A stretch of 64,000 nt of DNA from Vulcanimicrobiota bacterium. GTDB lineage: Bacteria > Vulcanimicrobiota > Xenobia > Xenobiales > JADMJV01. Where the stretch lies: contig JBFWNU010000001.1 of the NCBI GenBank assembly GCA_050250895.1, positions 160,001 to 224,000 of the forward strand, in the 5' to 3' direction. Under the pieces are notes generated by a model. That model ran no database searches, had not been told where the DNA came from, and worked only from the letters and a program-made list of their open reading frames with translations. Both the position numbers and the translations under genes were made by a program. This document shows, in pieces, positions 42,036 through 51,661 of this stretch (positions are counted from its first letter, which is position 1; every line of letters begins with the position of its first letter).

Positions 42036-43232
42036 ATGGACACCTGGGAACTTGTCGATAGACATCAATCCAACACCTGGCACTGGACCGAATCGCTCAA
42101 GGCGAAGCTGGTCCAGGCGGGCGAGCGGCCGTATCATCCACGCACGAGATACGCCGACAGCGAACTCATCGAGGCCTTCGGCAGCGTCGAGCCCGGCCCC
42201 GAGCAGTTGCTGTTGCATTATGCCGGCCCGCCCTTTCCGGCGGCTTTGACGGCGCCGGTGTTGCTGGTGCCAGGGGCAACCAAGCCCGGCTACTTCTATT
42301 GGGACCCGCAAGAGAACGGAACCCGCCACGGATTGGCTCAACGGCTGCGCCACCGGGGTTGCCACGTCTATGCCCTGACCTTTTCGCACAGTCAGGACGA
42401 CAACTTCATCTGGGCTGACCAGATCGGGGCGGCTATCGACCGCATCTGCGCCCTTCATGGGGTCGATCAGGTCGACTGTGTGACCCATAGCAAATCGGGG
42501 GTGGCCGCTCGCATTCTGGCCTGCGATCTGCACCGGCCTTATCGAGGGCAGTTGCGTCGGTTGCTGCTGGTGGGGGTGCCCAACGGTGGAGTCGACTACT
42601 TCTTTCGCCACCCCGAGTTCAATCTCAACCTGATGCGCGACGACGACAACCCGCTGCTGAACTGGCCCATGTCGTGGGACGAGGTCAAACTGGCCAACAG
42701 TTGGAGCGACTGGCGCCACCAGGCCTACGATTCGGGCTTCTGGCCTGGGCAGAGCCAGTTGTTGGCCCGCTGGGACCGGCGCCATCCCCTACCCGACGAG
42801 GGAGTGGACGTCCAGAGCACCTATCATGGCGGCGAAGGCGAGCAGAGTCGGTCGCGGGGGATCGACTTCTTCATCGAATATGGCGGCCGGCTGATCGACC
42901 GATTGGCCGAGCAGCCCACCCACTCGGACATCGAGGTGGGTGTGCTGGCCGGAGCCTCCCCTTCCATGCCCCTGATCAAGAACGATCGCACCGGGCCTGG
43001 CGACGGCATCGTCACCATCGAGAGCGCGGCGGCGTTACCGGCCGGCTCGCGATTGACGGCCCTGGCCGTCTTGCCGCTACACCACAAGGCGCTGATAGCC
43101 GACCCGCTGGGACAAGAGTGGATATGCCGGTTTCTGCTGAGTGGACCCAAGCCAGGCTTGACCCGACCGGAGCGTGAACGCCTGCTCGCTCAGGGAGTCG
43201 AACTGGGTCGCCGAAAGCTCGTGAAAGTTTAA
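42036..43232 (+). CDS. Alpha/beta-hydrolase (lipase/esterase-like)
   Basis: PVLLVPG, VDCVTHSKSG, VGVPNGG, GDGIV, HH. Confidence 0.8.
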   Translation: MDTWELVDRHQSNTWHWTESLKAKLVQAGERPYHPRTRYADSELIEAFGSVEPGPEQLLLHYAGPPFPAALTAPVLLVPGATKPGYFYWDPQENGTRHGLAQRLRHRGCHVYALTFSHSQDDNFIWADQIGAAIDRICALHGVDQVDCVTHSKSGVAARILACDLHRPYRGQLRRLLLVGVPNGGVDYFFRHPEFNLNLMRDDDNPLLNWPMSWDEVKLANSWSDWRHQAYDSGFWPGQSQLLARWDRRHPLPDEGVDVQSTYHGGEGEQSRSRGIDFFIEYGGRLIDRLAEQPTHSDIEVGVLAGASPSMPLIKNDRTGPGDGIVTIESAAALPAGSRLTALAVLPLHHKALIADPLGQEWICRFLLSGPKPGLTRPERERLLAQGVELGRRKLVKV

Positions 43233-43320
43233 TCTTTTCCCAGCTAATGCTCGGATTGCGCGGATTGACCGAGAGATTTTTAAGGGTCCTTCGTTATTTT
43301 TAAGGCGGAGGACAAATCAA

Positions 43321-44703
43321 ATGAACAAACGCGTAATCTTCTGGTCAATCACGGTAGCTCTGGGAGGCTTTCTCTTCGGGTTCGACACGGCGGTCATCTC
43401 GGGAGCAGAGCAGTCCATCCAGAAACTGTGGAGCTTGAGTGACGGAATGCATGGCCTGGCCGTGGCCATCGCTCTCTATGGTACGGTCCTGGGAGCCTTC
43501 TTCGGCGGCGTGCCCGCTGACCGTTACGGCCGGAAGAAAACGCTGTTCGGTGTCGGTGTTCTTTACCTGGTCTCGGCGTTGGGCTCGGCCATGGCCCCCG
43601 AAGTCTTCTCGTTTATGTTCTTCCGCTTTCTGGGCGGCATCGGCGTGGGCGCTTCCTCGGTGGCTGCCCCCATGTATATCTCCGAGATCTCCCCTACCGA
43701 CAAGCGCGGTCGCCTGACCGCCCTGTTCCAGTTCAACATCGTGACCGGCATCCTGTGCGCCTACATGTCGAACTATCTGCTCACCGGCATCGGCGGCACC
43801 GCCTGGCGCTGGATGCTTGGCGTCGAAGCGCTCCCGGCTCTGGCCTTTACCCTGATGGTGCTGGCTGTGCCCCGTAGCCCGCGCTGGCTCTATAGCAAGC
43901 TCGGCGACGCCGCGGCTGCCCGCGAAGTGCTCGAATTGATCGACCCCTCGACCGCCGAAGCCGAACTGGAAGCCATCAAGAAGCAGAAAGCCGAAGAGGC
44001 CGGCTGCACCGGCAAGTTCTTCTCACGCCGCTATAGCTTCTCGATTTCACTGGCCGTCATTCTGGCCATCTTCAATCAAGTTTCTGGCATCAACGCCATC
44101 ATCTACTACGCTCCCCGCATCTTCGAGATGACCGGTCTTGGCGCCAGCGCCGCCCTGATGTCGAGTGCCGGCGTAGGGCTGGTCAACCTGCTGGCCACCG
44201 TGGCCGCCATCGCTGTCATCGACCGCTTCGGACGCCGCTCGCTGATGCTGGTCGGTTCGGTCGGCCTCATCACCTCGCTGGCTCTAGTGGCTCGCGCCTT
44301 CTACCTCAACTCTTTCGCCGGCGTCCCCATCCTGATCTTCTTGTTCATTGCCTCTTTCGCCGTCAGTCAGGGTTGCGTGCTCTGGGTCTATCTCTCCGAA
44401 ATCTTTCCCAGCCAGGTGCGGGCCAATGGCCAATCGCTGGGCAGCTTCACCCACTGGATTTGCGCCGCTCTGGTGGCCAACTTCTTCCCGGTGGCTGCCG
44501 GCGCTGTGGGCCCGGCCGCTGTCTTCGGCTTCTTCGCTACGGCCATGGTCGCTCAGTTGATTTACGTGACCCTGGTGATGCCCGAGACCAGCGGCGTCTC
44601 GCTGGAAGAACTGCAGGCTCGGCTGGCCGTCGAAGATGCCCCGGCCGCCGGCTTCAACCCGGCCCGCTACGTGCTCAAGCCAGCTCGCCAGCTAAACTCT
44701 TAA
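43321..44703 (+). CDS. Sugar porter family MFS transporter
   Basis: GGFLFGFDTAVISG, DRYGRK, MYISEISP, QVSGINAIIYY, SEIFP, PET. Confidence 0.95.
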   Translation: MNKRVIFWSITVALGGFLFGFDTAVISGAEQSIQKLWSLSDGMHGLAVAIALYGTVLGAFFGGVPADRYGRKKTLFGVGVLYLVSALGSAMAPEVFSFMFFRFLGGIGVGASSVAAPMYISEISPTDKRGRLTALFQFNIVTGILCAYMSNYLLTGIGGTAWRWMLGVEALPALAFTLMVLAVPRSPRWLYSKLGDAAAAREVLELIDPSTAEAELEAIKKQKAEEAGCTGKFFSRRYSFSISLAVILAIFNQVSGINAIIYYAPRIFEMTGLGASAALMSSAGVGLVNLLATVAAIAVIDRFGRRSLMLVGSVGLITSLALVARAFYLNSFAGVPILIFLFIASFAVSQGCVLWVYLSEIFPSQVRANGQSLGSFTHWICAALVANFFPVAAGAVGPAAVFGFFATAMVAQLIYVTLVMPETSGVSLEELQARLAVEDAPAAGFNPARYVLKPARQLNS

Positions 44704-45910
44704 GTCGCTGCGCGGCCCGAGCAAAGGTGTGCCTGTCGGCATACGCTCGGGCCGCTGCCTTGAGCGGCTCGGCCTCGCGCTCGAGCAGGTCGCGCACAGT
44801 ACACCATAGTCGCAAACTCAACTCGGCACCCGGTGGAACCAATCGGCCGAAGCTCGGCTCGACGGTTGCTCGAGTGCCGTAGCTCTCTACCGCTACCACC
44901 GGACACCCCTGTTGCAGGGCCTCGAGGGTGGTCAGGCCATAACTCTCGTGGCGTGAGGCCACCACGAACAGGTCGGCCGCCCGCAGAAAGGCTTGCTTGC
45001 GCAGCCCACCCAGATGGCCGGGAAAAAGCACCGGCAGATCGCCGGCCAGCTTCTGCAGTCGCGCGAAGAAACGCTGCCCCTGCATGAAGGCCGGTTGGCC
45101 GCAGATAGCCAGTTGCAATCCCGGTGGCAACTCGCCCCGCTGGCGCCCCAGCCGCAGGGCCTCGAGCAAACGGTCCTGCCCCTTCTCGGGCGAGATTCGC
45201 GAGAGAGTCACCAGAAAGGGTTGGCCGGGCCCGAGCCCAAGCTCGCGGCGCAGCTCGTGAGCCGCCTCGTCGACCTGGTCTTGGGCAAAGACCGGCTCGG
45301 GAGAGCCCCACCCCACCACCTCGGTACGGCCAAGCTCGGGGTAGCAGCGGGCCATCACCTCGCCCATGGCGGCGCTGGGCAAGATCAGGGCCGGACAATG
45401 TCGCACGGCCGCCTGCTGCTTAGTGAATACCAGCTTGAGCACATCGGGCAAAGGCATGCTAGCGGCCCAACGAGCGACCCGCTCGACCGGAAAGATGCCT
45501 TTGAGGTAAATGCGGTTGAAAAAGTCCACAACATCCACGTGAAAGATGGGCAGGCAGGTCACTCCGGCCGCAGCCAGGCGCGCGAAGTCGGGGCCCTCCG
45601 AGATGTCGTGGCTAAAGACCGCGTCCACCCCTTCCAGGGCCAGGATGCCGTCGGTGATACCTCGCTCGAACTGGCGGCAAAAGCGGGCATAGGTCAGCTC
45701 GTCAAGCGAAGACGGAGGCTGCTCGAGTAGCTCGAGCCGATGGTAGGTGACCCCCTCGGGCGGGTTGGGCCCGGGCGCAAACAGATGCAGATCGATCTCG
45801 GGGTCGCCGGCCCAAACCCGGCAGAGGCGCTCGCAAATGGCCGCCCCACCGCCCAGCGGCACCTTCTCTGAACCATAACCGCCGTGGGCGGCCGTCATCA
45901 CGATGCGCAC
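44675..45910 (-). CDS. Glycosyltransferase family 4
   Basis: LSRISPEKGQ; ADLFVVASRHESYGLTTLEALQQGCPVV. GTG start inferred. Confidence 0.88.
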   Translation of the reverse strand: MRIVMTAAHGGYGSEKVPLGGGAAICERLCRVWAGDPEIDLHLFAPGPNPPEGVTYHRLELLEQPPSSLDELTYARFCRQFERGITDGILALEGVDAVFSHDISEGPDFARLAAAGVTCLPIFHVDVVDFFNRIYLKGIFPVERVARWAASMPLPDVLKLVFTKQQAAVRHCPALILPSAAMGEVMARCYPELGRTEVVGWGSPEPVFAQDQVDEAAHELRRELGLGPGQPFLVTLSRISPEKGQDRLLEALRLGRQRGELPPGLQLAICGQPAFMQGQRFFARLQKLAGDLPVLFPGHLGGLRKQAFLRAADLFVVASRHESYGLTTLEALQQGCPVVAVESYGTRATVEPSFGRLVPPGAELSLRLWCTVRDLLEREAEPLKAAARAYADRHTFARAAQRLKSLAGELA

Positions 45911-45959
45911 CTGGCGCGGTTTGGCGAGGGCACGGACCCTCCCTGCCGAAGGCTGGGCC

Positions 45960-46505
45960 ATGCGTGTCTTTTACCTGGTGATTCTGTCGGTGGCCCTGGC
46001 CTGGGCCGAGCCTGCCTGGATTGAACTGCCCGAGCCCAGCCCGGCCCAACTCGAGGAGCTGCATCGCGCCATCGGGGTCGAGAATTCCCCCGAACACACG
46101 GCCAACTCGGTCAAAGCGCTGTTCTACCGACCCGAGCTCGCTCCCCTGGTGGTTGGGCTCGACCGCGCCAGCCGGGCCAAGCTACCCGCCCGTCTCTACT
46201 GGTTGCTAGCCGTCGAGGTGTCGCGAGCCAACGGGTGTGATTATTGTCTTTCGAGTGCTCAAAGCGCTCTGGCAGCTGGCGGGGGCGGCCCGCCCGATGC
46301 TCGCGAGCAAACGGCACTGGACTATGCCCGCAAACTCACTCTCTATCCCGGTGATACCCGGCCCGAGGATTTGCGCAAGCTTGAAAGCGCGGGCTTCCGC
46401 CAGGACGAGATCTTCGAGGTCGCCTTGACCGTAAGCTGGTACAACTTCATGAACCGGATGGCGCGCGGATTGGGTTATGGGCCCGATCACTTCCACCGCT
46501 TCTGA
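45960..46505 (+). CDS. AhpD/carboxymuconolactone decarboxylase family protein with signal peptide
   Basis: VSRANGCDYC, LDYARKLT, YNFMNR; signal MRVFYLVILSVALAWA. Confidence 0.82.
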   Translation: MRVFYLVILSVALAWAEPAWIELPEPSPAQLEELHRAIGVENSPEHTANSVKALFYRPELAPLVVGLDRASRAKLPARLYWLLAVEVSRANGCDYCLSSAQSALAAGGGGPPDAREQTALDYARKLTLYPGDTRPEDLRKLESAGFRQDEIFEVALTVSWYNFMNRMARGLGYGPDHFHRF

Positions 46506-46539
46506 AGGCCTCATCCCCTTCATCGAGAAAATAGAAGAC

Positions 46540-46950
46540 GTGAGACTACTTCTTACACTACTCTACCTGACGGCGGTGGTGGCGGCCGAACCCGCGCCCG
46601 ACAAGCAGGTTGTGGAGGACTTCTACCGGCTCTATCTGGCTCGTTTTGACTCGGCCCGCGAGCCGGCCGAGCTAGAAGAGTTCCTAAGCCAGAGCGCCTA
46701 TGAGCGATTCAGCCAACTGGCCGAGCGACCCGAGCGCTTCCAGCATATGAAGCTCTTTCTGCCCAAAGAGCCCGAAGTGGTCGAGGTCGAGCCTCGAGGC
46801 GAGCGAGTGCTCGTGACCATCCGGGCCAGGGTGCCCGAACCGCGCCAATTCAAGCTGATGCCGGCCACCGGAAGAATCGAGTTGCTGTCCCAAGACGGCT
46901 GGAAGGTCGACCGCGAGGTCTGGACCTTCGGAACGGGGGAAACACCATGA
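46540..46950 (+). CDS. Secreted hypothetical protein (possible NTF2-like fold)
   Basis: Signal peptide, VVEDFY, C-terminal DGWKVD; overlaps the next gene by ATGA. Confidence 0.65.
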   Translation: MRLLLTLLYLTAVVAAEPAPDKQVVEDFYRLYLARFDSAREPAELEEFLSQSAYERFSQLAERPERFQHMKLFLPKEPEVVEVEPRGERVLVTIRARVPEPRQFKLMPATGRIELLSQDGWKVDREVWTFGTGETP

Positions 46951-48017
46951 AACGAGCGATACTCACGATCCTACTGGCCACCAGCCTGGCAGCTGGCGCC
47001 GATCCCTGGGGAATGCGGGCCGGCGGAGCCGCTGGCGACGTGAGCGCCCGACCCCGTCAGGCGCAGATTCCCGCCATTCCGGCCGTGCCCGAAGGTATCG
47101 AGACCCGAGCCCAGGCGGCTCAGTGGATCTCGTCTATTCACCACGAAGACCCGGCCACCCAGAACGCCATGCGGGCCGAGGCGGCGCGCCAAATCGTGGC
47201 CACTCGGGTCGATGTGGTCAACGACGTTTCGGGCTATGCCTGGCAAGTCAACCCCCTCCAGCCTTTGAAATTTTGGGGAGATGGCCTGCATCCCGACGCC
47301 CCCATCCCCACTAGAACCTACGGCGATCGGGCCGAAGCCGTGATGGATTATGCCCGAGGAACCATCAAACCCAAGACTCCCGAGCAACAGCAGAATCTCG
47401 ACTATTGGCGAGAAATCGGCCCTGAACAAGCGGCCTGGGACCTGGGTCTGGGAGCCTGCACCGAGCACGCTCACCTGGTAGCCGAAATCTTGCGCGAGGC
47501 CGGAGTCGAGGTCCAGGTCTTGAACAGCACCAACGGGCACGTCTTTCCGGTGGTCAATCTGCCCCCGGGCGCCGACCCCGACATGCCATGGACCTGGGGC
47601 GACGCCTACATCCCTGACTCCTGGATGGGTCAGGGCCTGACTCCGGAACAAGCCTGGTATAATCATTGGATCTTTGGGACCGGCAGCGGATTCGTGGGCC
47701 TGGGTCCTGGCAACACCAGTCGCGAGCGCCTCTTGGCCCTGGCTCGCTCGATCCGAAACGACGACCCCGACATCATCGACGAATGGCGAGAAATCTGGGA
47801 GAAGTTGCCACCCTCGATCCGCGACCGCTATCCCGAGCCGCCCCGGGCCAACAACAGAATCCAACGCGGCACCATGGGCGGCCAGGGGGGCGGGCAAAAC
47901 GGCTTCACCGGCAGCGGCCCTCGCAACACCGGCAACATCGGAGGCGGCCCCACCGGTGGCCACACCCATCAGGGCGGCCGCGACGTCCCCACCGGCGGCG
48001 GCTGCTCCGGCTACTGA
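46947..48017 (+). CDS. Secreted protein with transglutaminase/papain-like Cys-His-Asp triad and Gly-rich tail
   Basis: Signal peptide; GLGACTEHA, GHVFPVV, IPDSW. Confidence 0.65.
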   Translation: MKRAILTILLATSLAAGADPWGMRAGGAAGDVSARPRQAQIPAIPAVPEGIETRAQAAQWISSIHHEDPATQNAMRAEAARQIVATRVDVVNDVSGYAWQVNPLQPLKFWGDGLHPDAPIPTRTYGDRAEAVMDYARGTIKPKTPEQQQNLDYWREIGPEQAAWDLGLGACTEHAHLVAEILREAGVEVQVLNSTNGHVFPVVNLPPGADPDMPWTWGDAYIPDSWMGQGLTPEQAWYNHWIFGTGSGFVGLGPGNTSRERLLALARSIRNDDPDIIDEWREIWEKLPPSIRDRYPEPPRANNRIQRGTMGGQGGGQNGFTGSGPRNTGNIGGGPTGGHTHQGGRDVPTGGGCSGY

Positions 48018-48376
48018 CGGGGAGCAGCCTGCGGCTGAGATTTCGGCCTGCGGCCGACAGGGAGCGCCGGCTGCGCCGTCGAGATTTCGGCCTTGCGGCC
48101 GACGGGGAGCAGCCTGCTGAGATGCCTTGAAGCCGCTCCCGAACTGAGCGACAGCTCAGTTCGCTCCTCTCCCCGCCCGAAGGGCGGCTCCTTTTCCTTC
48201 GAGCGAAGCAAGAGCTCCTTCTCCCCGCCCGCAGGGCGGCTCCTTTTCCCTCGAGCGAAGCAAGAGCTCCTTCTCCCCGCCCGAAGGGCGGCTCCTTTTC
48301 CCTCGAGCGAAGCAAGAGCTCCTTCTCCCCGCCCGCAGGGCGGCTCCTTATCCCTCGGAGCGAAGCGAGAGCTCCT
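48017..48376. repeat. Composite palindromic intergenic repeat, copy 2 (inverted relative to copy 1)
   Basis: Same 24-bp palindrome at 48140-48163; four ~52-bp tandem units to the right (gagcgaag at 48201, 48253, 48305, 48358); the other module type to the left. Confidence 0.9.
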
Positions 48377-48472
48377 CGGAGCGAGCGGTCCGATAGGATA
48401 GGGCCATCGGGCCCGGGTGGATCTCGGACCCAGGCGAGCAGCAGGTTAGGCTAAGAGACAAAGGAGGCTATT

Positions 48473-48670
48473 TTGTCTATTCGAAAACACGTAAAAGCAC
48501 ACCCCGGAAACCAGCTGACTCTGTCTCAAGCCGTCAAAGAATCTAGCTTTGACGAGTTCCAACTAAGAGAATTCATCCGCCAGGGCCACCTCGCGGCCAC
48601 CCGGACGGATGAAGGGTTGCGCATCGAACAGCGCGATCTGGAGAAGCTCGAAGAGCTGCAGGATCAGTAG
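48473..48670 (+). CDS. Small HTH (excisionase/MerR-like) DNA-binding protein
   Basis: AAGGAGG RBS with TTG; LTLSQAV...LREFIRQGHLAA...LRIEQRDL. Confidence 0.65.
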   Translation: MSIRKHVKAHPGNQLTLSQAVKESSFDEFQLREFIRQGHLAATRTDEGLRIEQRDLEKLEELQDQ

Positions 48671-49698
48671 GCGACACCTCGCGCCCGGGCCTCGTCCATC
48701 ACCTGTTCGGTGAGAGCCCGGTCGAGGTTGTTCTCGAGCCCGCCGCCAGCGGAGCGGTAGTCTTTCGTCTTGAAGCTGCCGCTGCCGTAGGCGGTAGGAG
48801 CCGAGTAGCTGGCCGCCGGGAGCGGGGTGGCCTTTTTGCCGATCCGCACGCTGCCGGCCTTCCAGTCGGCCCCTTTCTCGACTTCATAGGCTTTGTCGCC
48901 TTCAAAGACCACACTGGCGCTGGTGCCATCGGCCTTGACCACCTGCTGACGGTAAGTCAGAAACTGGAACTGCCCGCCGCCGATGGCGGCCATCTCTTGA
49001 AACTCGTTCTGGCCCGATTCGACGATCCCGCTACAACCCCAGGCGTGCAGCTTGATGCCCTTTTTACGGGCCGCCGCCAGCTCCTGGCGGTAGTCGAAAT
49101 TGCCGTAGTCGGTGTGAGGCGCGGCGTCGCCAATCAACACCAGCATCTTACCCGTGTTCTGAGAGGGATCCCACTCCAGATCATTGATGGCCACGTGGAG
49201 CGCTTCGCTGACCGCCTCCGGCACGTCTCCGCCGCCCTCGGCCGTGACGCCTTGCAGCTGACGGGCCAGGGCTTCGACGTCCTCGCTGAAGGGCAGCACC
49301 CGGGTGACGTAAGCATCGCCGTGGTCGCGGAAGAGGACCATCCCGAAGCGCACCTGAGGACGAGGGTTACCGTTCTGGACTCGCTCCATCATGTTGCGGA
49401 CCTGAGTCTTGACCACCTCGATCTCGTCATCCATGCTACCGGTGGTATCGATCACGAAGGCCACGTCGATACGGGGGGCCGAAGCCACCGCCGGAATCGG
49501 CTTGAGCCAGCGGGCTGCCGCCCCCATCAAGATCCCGATGAGCACGGCCGCGATCCAGGGCCAGGGATTCGTCGCTCGGGTTGGGGCTAGTTCAAGCTGG
49601 TTGCCGGCTAAGGCCAGTCTGGTCCCGCACGATCCACAAATCAAGTCATTTCCTACATATCCTCGGTCACCGCAGGCCGGGCATCGATGTTGCTCCAT
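48664..49698 (-). CDS. vWA domain protein with N-terminal zinc ribbon and TM anchor
   Basis: CPAC...CGSC, TM helix, MIDAS DTTGSM, GGGDVPEA, IGDAAPH. Confidence 0.88.
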   Translation of the reverse strand: MEQHRCPACGDRGYVGNDLICGSCGTRLALAGNQLELAPTRATNPWPWIAAVLIGILMGAAARWLKPIPAVASAPRIDVAFVIDTTGSMDDEIEVVKTQVRNMMERVQNGNPRPQVRFGMVLFRDHGDAYVTRVLPFSEDVEALARQLQGVTAEGGGDVPEAVSEALHVAINDLEWDPSQNTGKMLVLIGDAAPHTDYGNFDYRQELAAARKKGIKLHAWGCSGIVESGQNEFQEMAAIGGGQFQFLTYRQQVVKADGTSASVVFEGDKAYEVEKGADWKAGSVRIGKKATPLPAASYSAPTAYGSGSFKTKDYRSAGGGLENNLDRALTEQVMDEARARGVAY

Positions 49699-49815
49699 GG
49701 GGGCTCCTCCTTGACGGACGGTTTCGTCGTGGCTCGAGTGGATTTATTCCCAGGGAGGGAGAAATAGGCCGAGCTTGGAATGCTCCGGGAACTTTTCAAA
49801 AAGGGAGGGATCACC

Positions 49816-50016
49816 GTGAAGAAGTTCATCGAAGAACTCGGCAATTTGCACAATGACGTCAAATGCCCAATCTGCGGCACTAAAGAATGGGGAACGCTGC
49901 CCATTCACGGGAAGATTCCCGTGGGGGACGATGGGGCCCAGTCGGTGGGTATCGCCATCAAGTTCTGCACGGGTTGCGGGCTGGCTCTTAACTTCATGCG
50001 CCTCAACAAAGGCTAG
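49816..50016 (+). CDS. Small zinc-ribbon protein
   Basis: GGAGG with GTG; CPIC...CTGC. Confidence 0.7.
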   Translation: MKKFIEELGNLHNDVKCPICGTKEWGTLPIHGKIPVGDDGAQSVGIAIKFCTGCGLALNFMRLNKG

Positions 50017-50117
50017 CTATTTGACGCCGACCACAGGTGCGCCCCGTCCGGGGCTAGAAATTTCGAGAGATGCGTTTTCGGAATGAGCTTTGCTGTTGGT
50101 CGAGGCCTGGCTGACTA

Positions 50118-51050
50118 GTGGCCGATCTTGAGCGCCATCTCCACGCTCTTCGCTCTGAAGGTAGTTCGGTGGATGAGGGGGTCTTCACCCTCAATCAAGA
50201 GCGGGCGACCGAGCTGCTGAGCCGGCTCAAGCTGGCCGACCCCCACGCGTACCTGCTAAAGATGGTCCAGGCGGCCGTCCGGGGTGAGGCTAGTTGGATT
50301 CGCATCACCCAGGAGGCCCAGGGCTTGCGCTTGGAGCACGATGGTCCCGGCAACGAGGCGGCCGACCGCCACTTCCAGGTAGCCGTGGGCGCTTTCACCA
50401 GCCTGACCCAGCAAACCCCGAGCCAGCTGGCCAGTCCGGCCGCTCGCGCCTGGTTCTTTCAGCGTCCGACGAGGCTCTTCGGCCTGGTTGGACGCCGACC
50501 TGAACTCGAGCTACTCAAGACTCGATGCGCCTATTGTCCCATCCCCGTGTGGCTTGACGGCAAGCTGGTCAACCGGCCACTGTTCGGCCAGCGCCTGGCT
50601 TACGAGAAGAAGGGCACTCGGGTCGATTTTGCCAAACCGTCACGAGCAACGCCGATCACCTTCGTCACCTCGCCCGCCTGCGGGCCGTCGCTATTGCCTG
50701 CTCCGGCCGACTATCCCAACGAGCGACGCCTTCACTATACCTCGCTGGTCAGCGAAGAAGAAAGCGACCAACCAGCAGCCGAGTGGGCCGGTCTGTCCAT
50801 GAACGGCAGGCCGATGGTCGCCTGTCACGCCATGTTGCAGCGGGTGTGGGAGTCGTGGTCGGATCTGACCTGGGTCCTCGATGGGGTGGCGCTGACCAGC
50901 GAACGCAACGTGCTCGACCGGCCCGGTCTTCAGGCGGTGGTCAGCGCGGCCGAACTCGAGGTCGACCTCTCCGAGTTCGGCGTCGTTCACAACGACGCTT
51001 TCTATCGCCTTACCAATCAGCTTCGCCAGAGGGTCCTATGGATGTATTGA
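50118..51050 (+). CDS. Hypothetical protein with degenerate GHKL/HSP90-like N-terminus
   Basis: FTLNQERATELL...YLLKMVQAA..GEASWIRI...LEHDG. Confidence 0.55.
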   Translation: MADLERHLHALRSEGSSVDEGVFTLNQERATELLSRLKLADPHAYLLKMVQAAVRGEASWIRITQEAQGLRLEHDGPGNEAADRHFQVAVGAFTSLTQQTPSQLASPAARAWFFQRPTRLFGLVGRRPELELLKTRCAYCPIPVWLDGKLVNRPLFGQRLAYEKKGTRVDFAKPSRATPITFVTSPACGPSLLPAPADYPNERRLHYTSLVSEEESDQPAAEWAGLSMNGRPMVACHAMLQRVWESWSDLTWVLDGVALTSERNVLDRPGLQAVVSAAELEVDLSEFGVVHNDAFYRLTNQLRQRVLWMY

Positions 51051-51661
51051 AAACTCTTCTCATCGTTTTGCTGGTGGCAGCCTCGGCCGGAGCCGAGAGC
51101 TTGTCGGATCTCGACACCCAGTTGAAGCGCGACCCGCACAACGCACCGGCCTTCTACCGACGGGCCAGCCTCTATTTTCGCCGGGGCAATCTCGACGCCG
51201 CTATTCTGGATGCCAGCCGCTCTATCTCGAATAGGCCCGATCGGCCCCAAGCCTATCTGCTGCGCGGCCATGCCTATTGGAAGATGGGACGCCTCGAAGC
51301 GGCCGGCCAGGACTTTGCCTGGGCCCGCCAAGCCGATCCCGAGGCTGTCTCGCCATTTCTCTTTTATTATCTCTCTAAACGCGAAGCGGGTGCACCGGTT
51401 CAAGACGAACTCAAGCGATTTGCCGAAGGGCGCGACGACCCGGCCCTGCTGATGCTGCTCAACCGCATTCCCCCTCAGGCTTATCTGAGCACGGTGCAGA
51501 TGACCGAGACCGATCGCGCCCACCTGGCCAGCGCCGAGGCGCAGGCTCACTTCATCATCGGACATTACTATCGTCTGTTAGGACGAGAGAAGATCGCCAA
51601 AGCCGAGTTGGCCGGGCTGATGCCGGTCGACTTTATTTGGGCGCAGGAGTTGCGTTGGTAA
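51038..51661 (+). CDS. Exported tetratricopeptide repeat protein
   Basis: Signal peptide; AFYRRASLYFRRGNLDAA, AYLLRGHAYWKMG. Confidence 0.8.
   Translation: MDVLKTLLIVLLVAASAGAESLSDLDTQLKRDPHNAPAFYRRASLYFRRGNLDAAILDASRSISNRPDRPQAYLLRGHAYWKMGRLEAAGQDFAWARQADPEAVSPFLFYYLSKREAGAPVQDELKRFAEGRDDPALLMLLNRIPPQAYLSTVQMTETDRAHLASAEAQAHFIIGHYYRLLGREKIAKAELAGLMPVDFIWAQELRW

Noticed and set aside
41646-42785. 379-aa minus ORF and other ORFs over the repeats (41680..42012, 47905..48315, 48093..48401)
   Set aside because: These are antisense shadows of the hydrolase gene or translations of stop-poor GC repeats. The covariation pattern points to nucleic-acid structure rather than coding.
43275-43306. ATTTTTAAGG direct repeat upstream of the sugar porter
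   Set aside because: Only two copies, one running into the RBS. It could be an operator but the support is too weak to call.
48163-48376. Regularly spaced repeats as a CRISPR array (also 41790-41992)
   Set aside because: Units are contiguous tandem copies with no unique spacers, and no cas genes are in the window.
48473-48670. Excisionase marking a prophage or integrative element
   Set aside because: No integrase, att-like repeat, tRNA or phage gene nearby; more likely a stand-alone small HTH protein.
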